NCBI GenBank assembly: GCA_017882705.1
Contig: JADGOZ010000067.1
Coordinates: 12,295-76,294 of the forward strand
Direction: 5' to 3'
Source of the DNA: Candidatus Nanopelagicales bacterium
GTDB lineage: Bacteria > Actinomycetota > Actinomycetes > S36-B12 > CAIYMF01
Length of the DNA: 64,000 nt
The notes under the pieces were generated by a model that was not told where the DNA came from, did not search any database, and was given only the letters and a program-made list of their open reading frames with translations. Positions 53,627-63,178 of the stretch are shown here, in pieces (positions within the stretch are counted from its first letter, which is position 1; each line of letters starts with the position of its first letter). The position numbers and the translations under genes were made by a program.

Positions 53627-55333
53627 TCACGCGGATGCCAGCTCCGCGCGCAGCACCGCGAGTCCGACCGAGCCGAGTGCGAGGGCGCGCATGTGCCAGG
53701 CCTTGAGGTCGAAGTCGTCCCCCTCGGCGGCGCGCGCGTCGTCGCGTGCAGAGATCCACTCGCGCTCGCCCACCTTGTAGCAGATGGCCTGGCCGGGAAG
53801 CCCGAGGTAGCGGTCGACCTCGCTGTCGGCGAAACCGGGAGTCTGCAGAGCACGCACGCGCAGGAACTCGCGCGCGAGCCCGCGGTCCCACACGGCGCCG
53901 GGCACGGCACCGGTCACGTCGGCAAGCAGGGCCGGGTCGGCGTCGTCCGGGATGGCCAGGCCGAGGTGCAGACCGATGTCGATGACGACCCGGACGGAAC
54001 GCAGCGACTGGTTGGACAGGAACCCGAGCTCGTCCGCCGGGTCGGCGTAGTAGCCGAGCTCGTCCATCAGCCACTCGGCGTAGAGCGCCCAGCCCTCGGC
54101 GTGGCCGGAGATCGTGGTCATCCGCTGGAACCGTGAGAGCCGCTCGCGCTGCAGCAGGGCGTAGGCGATCTGCAGGTGGTGACCCGGCACAGCCTCGTGG
54201 TGCCACACCGACAGCAGCCACCACGTGCGGAACCGATCCTCGCCGATGACGGGCAGCCACGTGCGTCCCGGGCGCGAGAAGTCTTCGCTGGGCCCGGTGT
54301 AGTAGGGCGCGGCGGCCGATCCCGGTGGTGCCAGCACCGCCTCGCACACGAGCATCTCCTCCGGGATGTCGAAGTAGCGGCCGGCGAAGGAGGCCGTGGT
54401 CTCGTCGGTGACGTGCTGCAGCCACTGCCGGGTCTCCTCGGCGCCCGCGATCGTGTGCGCGGGATCGACGTCGAGCCGGGCCTGGGCCTCCTGCGGCGTC
54501 ACGCCGCCGTAGAGCCGGGACGCGCACTCCCGCATCCGTCGGGTGATCGTCGCGAGCTCGCCCCAGGCCCAGGCGTAGGTCTCCTCCGGGTCGATGTCGG
54601 CCCCGAGGTAGACCCGTGCCATCCGCACGTAGCGGTCGCGTCCGACGCCGTCGGTCTCCAGCGCGGCCGGGGCGTAGACGTCGGTGAGCCACCGCGCCAG
54701 ATCGGCGTAGGCCGTGCTCGCGGCGGCCGCTCCGGCGGTCAGGCGCTCGGCAAGATCGGCGTCTCTGCCGGCGTAGCGGTCGACGAACGTGGCGAAGAAC
54801 GACGCGGTGGCACCGCTCGGGGCAGGCGCTGCGCCCGCGGTGACGGCTGCCACCCGCGCGGCACCGAGCACCTGGCGGCGCGCGGGGAGCACGCCCTGCT
54901 CGATGCCGGCGGAGTAGGCGGCGACGAGCGTCTGCAGCGCGGCCGGCACGGCCTCGAGCCGAGCTGCGACCGTGGCCCAGTCCTCCTCGGAGGCGACCGC
55001 CATCACGGTGAAGACGCTGCGGACCTGCTGCAGCGGGCTGAAGAGGATGTTGATGGGGCGCAGGTGCTCCCGGGTCTCGTAGGTCGCCACACCTGCCCCG
55101 AGCCGCTCGCGCAGGACGGCGGCCGCGAGCCGGTCGTCGTCGTTCTCGGGCTCGAGCTGGTCCAGGTCCGCCAGCCAGCCGAGCGTCTGCGCGTGACGCG
55201 CGTCCTCCGCCTCGGGACTGAAGTCGGTGAGCAGGTGGTCGTAGCCGGGGACGCCCTGGTAGGTGGCACTGATCGGGTCCGCGGCGGCACCCTCGTCGAT
55301 GACACGGCTGGCGAGATCGAAAACGGCGGTCAA
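53627..55333 (-). CDS. DUF885 domain-containing protein
   Basis: 568 aa containing WHHEAVPGHHLQ, typical of DUF885. The only start compatible with the full domain is TTG 55333, which overlaps the recN stop (TTGA), so the start is uncertain. Confidence 0.78.
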   Translation of the reverse strand: MTAVFDLASRVIDEGAAADPISATYQGVPGYDHLLTDFSPEAEDARHAQTLGWLADLDQLEPENDDDRLAAAVLRERLGAGVATYETREHLRPINILFSPLQQVRSVFTVMAVASEEDWATVAARLEAVPAALQTLVAAYSAGIEQGVLPARRQVLGAARVAAVTAGAAPAPSGATASFFATFVDRYAGRDADLAERLTAGAAAASTAYADLARWLTDVYAPAALETDGVGRDRYVRMARVYLGADIDPEETYAWAWGELATITRRMRECASRLYGGVTPQEAQARLDVDPAHTIAGAEETRQWLQHVTDETTASFAGRYFDIPEEMLVCEAVLAPPGSAAAPYYTGPSEDFSRPGRTWLPVIGEDRFRTWWLLSVWHHEAVPGHHLQIAYALLQRERLSRFQRMTTISGHAEGWALYAEWLMDELGYYADPADELGFLSNQSLRSVRVVIDIGLHLGLAIPDDADPALLADVTGAVPGAVWDRGLAREFLRVRALQTPGFADSEVDRYLGLPGQAICYKVGEREWISARDDARAAEGDDFDLKAWHMRALALGSVGLAVLRAELASA

Positions 55334-57117
55334 CGGGCGGCCTTTCGTCGGAGTTTGGCGAGCGGTGGCGAGTCTGCGGCCCGGTCGGCGGCAGCGAGGT
55401 CGAGCAGCTCCTGGGCGTGCGCCGCCGCCGACTCCGAGCCCTCGAGCCCGGCGAGCATCCGGGCCAGCTCGCGCACGCGGTCGTCAGCCTCCAGGACGCG
55501 GAGCCCGGACGTCGTGACCCGGCCGTCGTCGGACTTCTCGACCATGACGTGGCGGTCGGCGAAGGCCGCGACCTGCGGGAGATGGGTGACGACGAGGACC
55601 TGGCTGGTCCGGGCCAGCCGCGCGAGCCGACGACCGACCTCGACGGCGGCCCTGCCCCCGACGCCGGCGTCGACCTCGTCGAAGACGAGGGTCGGGACCG
55701 GGTCCGCGCCGGCGAACACGACCTCGACGGCGAGCATGACGCGCGACAGCTCTCCGCCCGAGGCGCCCTTGGCGATCGGGCGGGACGGCGCGCCGGTGTG
55801 CGGTGCGAGGAGCAGCTCGACCTCGTCGACCCCGGACACGCCGTAGGCCAGTCGCCGCATGCCTTCCGGCGTGTCGACCTCGAGTCCGCCGACCACCACG
55901 GCCTGCCGCATCTCGACGGCGAGCTGCGCGTGCGGCATCGCCAGATCCACCAGCTCGGTGGTGACGGCGGAGGCGAAGCGCTCCCCCGCCTCACGACGTG
56001 CGGCCGAGATCGTCCCGGCCAGGCTCCCGAGATCGGTGCGAAGCGAGTCGCGCTCGGACGTGAGCGAGTCGAGCCGCTCGTCGTCGCCGTCGAGCTCGAG
56101 GAGCCGCCGGGCGGAGGCCCGCGACCAGGCGAGCACGTCGTCGACGGTCGCGCCGTACTTGCGGGTGAGCGAGGAGAGCGCCGCGCGACGGTCCTCGACC
56201 GCAGCCAGGCGCACGGGGTCGGACTCCACCGAGGCGACGTAGGAGGCGAGGTCTCCGGAGACGTCCGCGAGCTGCGAGCCAACGTCGGCGAGCCGGTCGG
56301 CGAGCTGCCCGAGCTCGGCGTCGTGCTCGCGTTCGTGGTCGAGGGTCCGCCGCGCCTGCGCGACCAGCCCGAGCGCGTCGACCTCCGACACCGCGCTGTC
56401 GTCGGCGCGCAGCGCCGAGTGCGCCAGCGCGGCCGCCTCGCGCAGCTGCTCCGCGTAGGACAGCCGGGCTGCCTCGGCGCCGAGCTCCTCCGACTCCCCC
56501 GGCCGCGGGGACACGGCCTCGATCTCCTCGAGGCCGTGGCGCAGCAGGTCCGCCTCCTGCGCGCGCTCCCGCCCGTGCGCGGTGATCGCCTCCAGCTCGC
56601 GCTCGACCGCACGGAGCCGGTCGTACGCCGTGCGATAGACCGCGAGCGGACGGGCCACCGCGTCACCGGCGTAGCGGTCGAGCGCCTCGCGCTGGCGCGA
56701 CGGCGACAGGAGTCGCTGCTGGTCGCTCTGGCCGTGCACCGCGACGAGGTCGTCGGCGAGCTCGACCAGGACCGAGACGGGCACCGACCGACCGCCCAGG
56801 TGCGCCCGGCTGCGGCCCTCCGCGGCGATCGTGCGTGCGAGCAGCAGGACGCCGTCGTCGAGCTCCCCTCCTGCGTCGAGAACACGCTCGACCACACCTG
56901 CGGCGACGTCGGTGACCCGACCCTCGACCTCGGCGCGCGGGTGCCCGGCCCGCACGATGGCCGCGTCGGAACGGCCGCCGAGCAGGAGTCCCAGCCCGGT
57001 CAGGACCATGGTCTTGCCGGCACCGGTCTCGCCGGTCACCGCTGTGAACCCGGCATGCGGCTCGAGGACGGCATCGTCGATGACGCCCAGGCCGCGGATG
57101 CGGATCTCCTCGATCAC
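55330..57117 (-). CDS. recN: DNA repair protein RecN
   Basis: IEEIRIRGLGVIDDAVLEPHAGFTAVTGETGAGKTM ... coiled coil ... ASGGELSRVMLAVEVV ... LVFDEVDAGVGG. The GTG at 57117 overlaps the nadK stop (GTGA). Confidence 0.93.
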   Translation of the reverse strand: MIEEIRIRGLGVIDDAVLEPHAGFTAVTGETGAGKTMVLTGLGLLLGGRSDAAIVRAGHPRAEVEGRVTDVAAGVVERVLDAGGELDDGVLLLARTIAAEGRSRAHLGGRSVPVSVLVELADDLVAVHGQSDQQRLLSPSRQREALDRYAGDAVARPLAVYRTAYDRLRAVERELEAITAHGRERAQEADLLRHGLEEIEAVSPRPGESEELGAEAARLSYAEQLREAAALAHSALRADDSAVSEVDALGLVAQARRTLDHEREHDAELGQLADRLADVGSQLADVSGDLASYVASVESDPVRLAAVEDRRAALSSLTRKYGATVDDVLAWSRASARRLLELDGDDERLDSLTSERDSLRTDLGSLAGTISAARREAGERFASAVTTELVDLAMPHAQLAVEMRQAVVVGGLEVDTPEGMRRLAYGVSGVDEVELLLAPHTGAPSRPIAKGASGGELSRVMLAVEVVFAGADPVPTLVFDEVDAGVGGRAAVEVGRRLARLARTSQVLVVTHLPQVAAFADRHVMVEKSDDGRVTTSGLRVLEADDRVRELARMLAGLEGSESAAAHAQELLDLAAADRAADSPPLAKLRRKAAR

Positions 57118-58052
57118 ATCGACGAGCCGTTCTCGCCGCGGCGGCGCGTGCCGCGCCAGCCCTGCACGGGGAGATCGAACTTCGCCACGAGCCGGTCGGT
57201 GAACGGCGCCGGCTGGACGCGGGCGAGCCGGACCGGCGTCGGGTGCCTCGTGACCTCGACGCGTGCCCCCGCGGGCAGCTCGACGAGGCGGCGTCCGTCG
57301 CACCACAGCACGCCGTCGGTCTTCGCGGGCAGCAGCTCCACGGCGACACGGCTCGACGGTGACACGACGAGCGGGCGCGCGAACAGCGCGTGGGCGCTGA
57401 TCGGGACGACGAGGAGCGCCTCGACCTCCGGCCAGACGACCGGTCCCCCGGCGGAGAAGGCGTAGGCCGTCGATCCCGTCGGCGTCGCGACCACGACACC
57501 GTCGCAGCCCCAGCGCGACAGCGGCCGCTCGTCGACGGCCACGAGCAGCTCGAGCATGCGCTCGCGGCTCTCCTTCTCGACCGACGCCTCATTGAGGGCC
57601 CAGGTGCGCGCGGTCTCGCAGCCGTCCACGGTGACGACGACCTCGAGGGTTGTGCGCTCCTCGACCGACCAGGTGCGGTCGACGACGGCCCGCACGACGC
57701 GGCTGACCTCCTCGACCTCCGCCTCGGCGAGGAACCCGACGTGCCCGAGGTTCACGCCCAGGAGCGGGACGTCGTAAGGGCGGGCCAGCTCGGCGCCCCG
57801 CAGGATGGTGCCGTCTCCACCCAGCACCACCACGAGCTCGCAGCCCTCGGCCGCATGCTCGAGGTCGACCGCGACGACGCCGCACTGTACGAGGGCGGCG
57901 GCCTCGTCGGCCTCGGCACGCACCTCGATGCCCGAGTCGCAGAGCTCCTGCGCCACCTCGCGAGCGAGAGTGACGGCCTCAGCGCGTCCGCCGTGCATCA
58001 CGAGCAGGACCCGGCGTACCTCGACCGTCGGGATCACGCCCGGCTGGGTCAC
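57114..58052 (-). CDS. nadK: NAD kinase
   Basis: LVVVLGGDGTILRG ... NLGHVGFL ... VATPTGSTAYAFSAGGP. The position matches Rv1695. Confidence 0.92.
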   Translation of the reverse strand: MTQPGVIPTVEVRRVLLVMHGGRAEAVTLAREVAQELCDSGIEVRAEADEAAALVQCGVVAVDLEHAAEGCELVVVLGGDGTILRGAELARPYDVPLLGVNLGHVGFLAEAEVEEVSRVVRAVVDRTWSVEERTTLEVVVTVDGCETARTWALNEASVEKESRERMLELLVAVDERPLSRWGCDGVVVATPTGSTAYAFSAGGPVVWPEVEALLVVPISAHALFARPLVVSPSSRVAVELLPAKTDGVLWCDGRRLVELPAGARVEVTRHPTPVRLARVQPAPFTDRLVAKFDLPVQGWRGTRRRGENGSSM

Positions 58053-58843
58053 TGGGGTCCCTCCTCGATTGCGCGCGTCAGGTCGGTCTCGTCGAGCGGG
58101 TCGGCGCCGCGACGCAGGTGCAGGAAGTACTCGACGTTGCCGCTCGGCCCCGGAAGGGGCGAGGCGACGACGCCCGCGGTCCCCAGGCCGAGGCCCAGCG
58201 CCACACCAGCAATCTTACGGACGGTGTCCGACCGCAGCGCGGGATCGCGCACGACTCCGCCCGCGCCGACGAGCTCCTTGCCCACCTCGAACTGCGGCTT
58301 GACCATGAGCACGAGGTCCGCGTCGTCCGTGACCACCGCGGCGAGCGGAGGCAGCACGAGCGCGAGCGAGATGAAGGACAGGTCTCCGACGACGAGGTCG
58401 GGGCGGAACGGCAGCAGGTCGATGGTCAGGTCGCGCACGTTGGTGCGCTCGAGGACCGTGACCCGCTCGTCGGACCGGATCGGCCAGGCGAGCTGGCCGT
58501 AGCCGACATCCACGGCCAGGACCGCGGCCACGCCCCGGCGCAACAGCACGTCGGTGAAACCGCCGGTGCTCGCCCCCGCATCGAGTGCGTGGTGACCCGC
58601 GACGTCGAGCGCGAACGCGTCGAGGGCGCCGACGAGCTTGTGCGCCCCCCGCGAGACGTAGTCCGGCCCGTCAGGGTTGTCGCGAACGGCGATGCTCGCG
58701 GTCGCGTCGACCTGGGTGGCCGGCTTCAGCGCGACCACCCCGGCCAGCACGACCCGGCCGTCCTCCACCAGGGCCCGCGCCTGCTCGCGCGAGCGGGCGA
58801 GCCCGCGGTGCACGAGCTCGGCGTCGAGACGTCGCCGCGCCAC
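58049..58843 (-). CDS. tlyA: TlyA family rRNA (cytidine-2'-O)-methyltransferase
   Basis: S4 domain RRRLDAELVHRGLARSREQARALV, then VSRGAHKL ... LDAGASTGGFTDVLL. The position matches Rv1694. Confidence 0.9.
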   Translation of the reverse strand: MARRRLDAELVHRGLARSREQARALVEDGRVVLAGVVALKPATQVDATASIAVRDNPDGPDYVSRGAHKLVGALDAFALDVAGHHALDAGASTGGFTDVLLRRGVAAVLAVDVGYGQLAWPIRSDERVTVLERTNVRDLTIDLLPFRPDLVVGDLSFISLALVLPPLAAVVTDDADLVLMVKPQFEVGKELVGAGGVVRDPALRSDTVRKIAGVALGLGLGTAGVVASPLPGPSGNVEYFLHLRRGADPLDETDLTRAIEEGPQ

Positions 58844-58849
58844 GACTGG

Positions 58850-59242
58850 TCAGCGCACCTCGGCGTCGGACAGCGCGTCCTGCAGCCGTCGGTGGACGTC
58901 GTCGTAGACGGCGACGTGGTCCGGCGTCGGCAGGTCGGCGATCTCCTCCAGGCGCGCGGTGGCCGCGTCGACGCGGGCCTCACCGGTGACCTCGATGTCG
59001 CCCACCGACGCGAAGTGCTCGCGCGCCGTGAGCACGAACGGAAGGGCTTCGGACCGGGCCGCCTCCGACGACGCTGCCCCCGGTCCGACGGAGCCGCTGC
59101 CGTCGTCGAGCCGGTCGAGCTCGGCGTCGACCTCCTCGTCGTGCTGGTCCTCGACGAGGAGGTGGTCGCTCGCGAAGACGAGGCCGACCTGGGTCTCGAC
59201 GTCGGCCTCGACGTCGCTCTCGTCTGCGTGCTGATCGGTCAC
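58850..59242 (-). CDS. hypothetical highly acidic protein
   Basis: 130 aa with a very acidic composition by eye. The GTG overlaps the upstream stop (GTGA). No family recognised. Confidence 0.5.
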   Translation of the reverse strand: MTDQHADESDVEADVETQVGLVFASDHLLVEDQHDEEVDAELDRLDDGSGSVGPGAASSEAARSEALPFVLTAREHFASVGDIEVTGEARVDAATARLEEIADLPTPDHVAVYDDVHRRLQDALSDAEVR

Positions 59243-59805
59243 GACCCGGACCCGTCGACGCCGTCGACCACGGGTGCAGCCGCGGGAACGGGCGCCGGTG
59301 CGGCCGGAGCGGCCGCGGGGGCGACCTTCTTCTTCACCGGGATCTTCTTCTTCGCCGGCGCCGCGGCCGGCGCGACCGCAGCTGCCGCCGGGCCGGCGTT
59401 CGCGGACCCGATCTGCGCCCGTACCTCGGCGAGCTGGGTCTCGAGCCGAGACACGTGACGGCGCACAGCGGCGAGCTCCTCCTCGCGCACGAAGCCCAGT
59501 CGTCCCGCCGCTCGGTCGACCTCGGTGCGGACGACGCCGGTGAGCAGCTCGCGGTTCTGCTTGCTGGTCTCGAGCAGGTCGTCGGCGAGACCCTGCACCT
59601 GCGAGGCGGCGACCGTGGCGGCGCTGACCGCGGAGTCGCGACCCGGCACGACGGGAACCTTCTCAAGATCGAGGCCCTGGCTGATCAGGGCCATGGCGGC
59701 CTCGCGTGCCTTCGCCACCGTGACCTCGGTCAGACCCGTGGCCAGCTGGACATATCCGCGCAACGCGTCGAGCACGACCGTCACCTCACTCACGTCACCG
59801 CGCAC
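59239..59805 (-). CDS. coiled-coil protein (phasin/PhaF-like pattern) with Ala/Pro/Lys-rich C-terminal tail
   Basis: LRGYVQLATGLTEVTVAKAREAA ... FVREEELAAVRRHVSRLETQLAEVRAQ is followed by the tail PAAAPAKKKIPVKKKVAPAAAPAAPAP. GTG start at 59805. Confidence 0.55.
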   Translation of the reverse strand: MRGDVSEVTVVLDALRGYVQLATGLTEVTVAKAREAAMALISQGLDLEKVPVVPGRDSAVSAATVAASQVQGLADDLLETSKQNRELLTGVVRTEVDRAAGRLGFVREEELAAVRRHVSRLETQLAEVRAQIGSANAGPAAAAVAPAAAPAKKKIPVKKKVAPAAAPAAPAPVPAAAPVVDGVDGSGS

Positions 59806-59902
59806 CGGGGAGGTGCGCCGTCGGTGCCCACGCTATCGCGAGCCCCTGCGGTAGCGTCCCCGACGTCAGAGGGTCGACGAACCGGGCGGAGGGAGTCGCG
59901 AC

Positions 59903-60247
59903 ATGGCCACCATCGAGACGGTCCGGACGGCGATCACGAGCCTGTCGGCACTCCTCGACGGGGCCGAGCCCGACTTCCGGCGCAGGATCCCGAGCCGCTC
60001 GGTCTCCCTCTGGGTCAAGGACCTCGACGTCGCGTTCGCGGGACGCCTGCAGTCCGGGGCCCTCGTCGACGTGGTCGAGATCGACCCTGCGGACCGCAAG
60101 GCGGCCGATCTCAAGGTCACGATGTCCAGCGACGACCTCCTCGAGGTGGTCGAGGGCCGGCTCCACGTCGCCAGCGGCATGGCCCACGGTCGGATCCGCG
60201 TCGACGCCCGGTTCCGCGACGTGCTCGAGCTGCGCAAGTTCCTCTGA
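59903..60247 (+). CDS. SCP2 sterol-binding domain protein
   Basis: 114 aa. KVTMSSDDLLEVVEGRLHVASGMAHGRIRVDARFRDVLELRKFL is the typical SCP2 C-terminus. GGAGGGAG lies upstream of the ATG. Confidence 0.75.
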   Translation: MATIETVRTAITSLSALLDGAEPDFRRRIPSRSVSLWVKDLDVAFAGRLQSGALVDVVEIDPADRKAADLKVTMSSDDLLEVVEGRLHVASGMAHGRIRVDARFRDVLELRKFL

Positions 60248-60258
60248 CCCGAGGGATC

Positions 60259-61257
60259 TCAGCAGGTGAGGGCAGCAACGACGTCGGCCGACCAACGACG
60301 CACGTCGTCCGGGGTGGTGGGATCGACCCGACCCTCGTCCTGTGCGGACCACGCCCGACGGCACCCGTCACGGAGATCGGCCAGCCCGTCGTCGGCGACG
60401 TCGCCGTCGATCTGCTCCAGCGCCAGCACGTCGGGTGCGGCGAGCAGCCCGCGCAGGTCGGCCGCGAGATACGTCGGTCGGCGGTGCCGCTCGGCTGCGA
60501 GCAGCGCGCCGACGTCAGTGACCCCGGTGAGCACGAGCAGGCTCGGGATGCCACTCGCGTGACCCGCCTCGACGTCGGTGTCGAGCCGGTCCCCGACGAC
60601 GAGCGGCGCCCGGGCACGGACGCGCTCGACCGATTCGCGCATCAGCGGGGCGAAGGGCTTCCCCGCCACGATCGGCTGGCGACCGGTCGCCGCCGAGACT
60701 GCGGCGACGAGCGTGCCGTTGCCGGGCGCGATCCCCTCCGCGGTGGGGATCGTCAGATCGGTGTTCGTCGCGACGAACAGCGCGCCGGCACCGACCGCGT
60801 AGGACGCCTGCGCGAGCTCACGCCAGGACACATCGGGGCCGTAGCCCATGAGGACAGCAGCCGGTCCCTCGGAGGCGAGCGTGACCGGTTCGAGCCCGCA
60901 TGCCCGCAGCGCCTCTGCGACCCCAGGACCCCCGACCGCCAGCACTCGGCTCGAGGCCGGGACGCGGGCCGCGACCTCGCGCGCCGCGGCCTGTGCCGAG
61001 GTCACGACGTCGGCGTCCTCGACATGGAGCCCGAGCTCGCGCAGGTGGTCGGCCACGACCGAGGGCGGTCGCGCGGCGTTGTTCGTGACATAGGCAGCGA
61101 CGACACCACGAGCGACCGCCGCGGCGATCGACTCGACCGCATGGGCGACCGCACCCGGTCCGACGTAGACGACCCCGTCGAGGTCGAGCAGGAGCGCATC
61201 GAAGCCGTCGACCAGCACCCCAGCAGTCTCGACCGCAGGTGCCCCGTCCGTCGTCAC
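60259..61257 (-). CDS. HAD-IIA family hydrolase (Rv1692-like phosphatase)
   Basis: LLLDLDGVVY ... YVTNNA ... GDRLDTDV. The GTG at 61257 overlaps the upstream stop (GTGA). Confidence 0.85.
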   Translation of the reverse strand: MTTDGAPAVETAGVLVDGFDALLLDLDGVVYVGPGAVAHAVESIAAAVARGVVAAYVTNNAARPPSVVADHLRELGLHVEDADVVTSAQAAAREVAARVPASSRVLAVGGPGVAEALRACGLEPVTLASEGPAAVLMGYGPDVSWRELAQASYAVGAGALFVATNTDLTIPTAEGIAPGNGTLVAAVSAATGRQPIVAGKPFAPLMRESVERVRARAPLVVGDRLDTDVEAGHASGIPSLLVLTGVTDVGALLAAERHRRPTYLAADLRGLLAAPDVLALEQIDGDVADDGLADLRDGCRRAWSAQDEGRVDPTTPDDVRRWSADVVAALTC

Positions 61258-61703
61258 GACAGCCGCTCGTCGGGGTCGCCCGCAGGATCCATGCCGGCAT
61301 CCTCCCGCGCCGCGATCGTCGCGCGCACCTGTCGAAGCGCGTTCGCGTACTCCGGTCGGTCCGGCCGCATGACGGCGGCCATCGCCAGATGGTCTGCCGC
61401 CGTCGGGAACTGGCGCAACCGCCACAAGGACATGCCCAGACCGAACTGCGCATAGTCGTCGTCCGGAGCCAGCTCCACGAGCAGGCCGAACTCACGGGCC
61501 GCCTCCGTGAAGCGCCGGGCATCGAACAGCGCCCGGGCGAGAGCCTCGCGGATCGAGTGCGCGGTCGGCTCCTCGGTGGCGGCCCACGCGAGCAGCTCGG
61601 CTGCAGCTTCGGGGTTGCCGCTCGCGAGGAGGGCGCTCCCCCGACGGAACCAGTCGTAGGCCTCCCCCGCCGGGGGATCCGGCCGCGGGCTGTCAGCGGT
61701 CAT
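61254..61703 (-). CDS. tetratricopeptide-repeat protein
   Basis: 149 aa with three TPR-like helical hairpins (AYDWFRRGSALLASGNPEAAAELL; ALARALFDARRFTEAAREF; QFGLGMSLWRLRQFPTAADHL). Confidence 0.7.
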   Translation of the reverse strand: MTADSPRPDPPAGEAYDWFRRGSALLASGNPEAAAELLAWAATEEPTAHSIREALARALFDARRFTEAAREFGLLVELAPDDDYAQFGLGMSLWRLRQFPTAADHLAMAAVMRPDRPEYANALRQVRATIAAREDAGMDPAGDPDERLS

Positions 61704-61723
61704 CCCGTCATGGTCGCACGCGC

Positions 61724-62100
61724 TCAGCCGGGCGCCCGGGCCACCCGCGTGGCGGACGCGACTTCGACCTCGTAGCGGGAGGCGGGGCCGGCGCCGGTGC
61801 GGAAGAACCGGCGCCGCAGGCTCCCCTGGACCTCGAGCACGTCACCCGGTTGCCACTGCAGACAGCGCCGGCGGACCCCAGCGGCGAAGGCGGCGCAGTC
61901 CAGTGTGTCCACCCGCGCGGACGACGCCGACCTGAGGGCTCGCACGGGGCGGTCGACCACGAGCCGGAACGTGACGACCGCGTCGCCCGAGGACAGTTCG
62001 CGCTGGTCGGCGGCGGCGGCGAGCCGACCGCGGAGCCGGATGTCGTTCATCGCCTCGCCCGTGGCCTCGTCGGTCGTGGGGTGCGGCGTCCGTGCAGCCA
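61724..62100 (-). CDS. SSB-like OB-fold protein (short, no acidic tail)
   Basis: IRLRGRLAAAADQRELSSGDAVVTFRLVV ... VDTLDCAAFAAGVRRRCLQWQPGDVLEVQGSLRRRFF ... SRYEVEV is the pattern of short actinobacterial SSB paralogs. The ATG at 62100 has GAGGAGGAA upstream. An alternative is ATG 62050. Confidence 0.6.
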
Positions 62101-62230
62101 TGAGGTTCCTCCTCGCGCGGCATGCCCCGTCGGCTCCGCGTGCGTCGTACCCTGCGGACGGGGCACGACGCCCAGGCGGTCGCAGCGCGCCAGGGATGTG
62201 GACAGCGCACGGGAAGGGCCTGATGTGGAC

Positions 62231-63178
62231 ATGAGTCCGAGCGCGCCGGTGGACCTCGGCGACGAGGTCTGGCTGGTCGACACGCAGATGGGCGGCTACG
62301 ACGGCATCACCGCCGGCTACCTGATCCGGGGCGAACGACCCTGCCTCGTCGAGACCGGCGCAGCCCGGTCGTCGGCCGGCGTCGTGGCGGCGCTCGACGC
62401 GCTGGGTGTCGGAGCCGACGATCTCGCCACGATCGCGGTGACGCACATCCACCTCGACCACGCCGGAGGTGTCGGGGACCTGGCCGCGGCGTTCCCCCGG
62501 GCGCAGGTCGTGGTGCACGAGGCGGGTGCCCGGCACCTCGCGGACCCGTCGCGCCTCATGCGCAGCGCGCGCATGGTGTTCGGCGACGTCCTCGACGAGC
62601 TGTTCGGGCCGTTGATCCCGACCGACGCCGAGCGCATCCGGGTCCTGACCGACGGCGACACCATCGACCTCGGCGGCGGTCGCACCCTCGGGTCGTTCGA
62701 CTCCCCCGGCCACGCTCGCCACCACGTCGGGCTGCTCGACTCGCTCACCGGCGATCTCTACACCGGTGACGCGGCCGGGGTCTGGACCCCGGAGACCGGA
62801 GACCTACGGCCTGCGACGCCGCCTCCGGACTTCGATCTCGATGCCGCGCTCGCCTCGCTCGAGCGGATGCGCGAGCGTCGACCGACCCGGCTGCTGTTCA
62901 GCCACTTCGGTCCTGTCACGGACGTCGACACGACCCTCGACCGATCGGTCGAGGAGCTGCGGCTGTGGGTCGAGCTCGTGCGGGAGGCCCGCAGCGACGG
63001 CCTCGATCTCGACCACGCCGTGGTCCGGGTACGCGAACGGACCGCCGAGCGATACGCCCTGCGGTCCGTTCCCGAGGTGGAGCACAAGATCGAGGTGCTC
63101 TCCAGCACCGAGGCCGACGTCGCCGGCATCTGGCACTGGCTCGACCGTCAGTCCGAGCTGGAGCCCGGCGCGTCCTGA
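62231..63178 (+). CDS. MBL-fold metallo-hydrolase
   Basis: Contains HIHLDHAGG (HxHxDH) and a later SPGHARHH. 315 aa starting at ATG 62231. Confidence 0.85.
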   Translation: MSPSAPVDLGDEVWLVDTQMGGYDGITAGYLIRGERPCLVETGAARSSAGVVAALDALGVGADDLATIAVTHIHLDHAGGVGDLAAAFPRAQVVVHEAGARHLADPSRLMRSARMVFGDVLDELFGPLIPTDAERIRVLTDGDTIDLGGGRTLGSFDSPGHARHHVGLLDSLTGDLYTGDAAGVWTPETGDLRPATPPPDFDLDAALASLERMRERRPTRLLFSHFGPVTDVDTTLDRSVEELRLWVELVREARSDGLDLDHAVVRVRERTAERYALRSVPEVEHKIEVLSSTEADVAGIWHWLDRQSELEPGAS

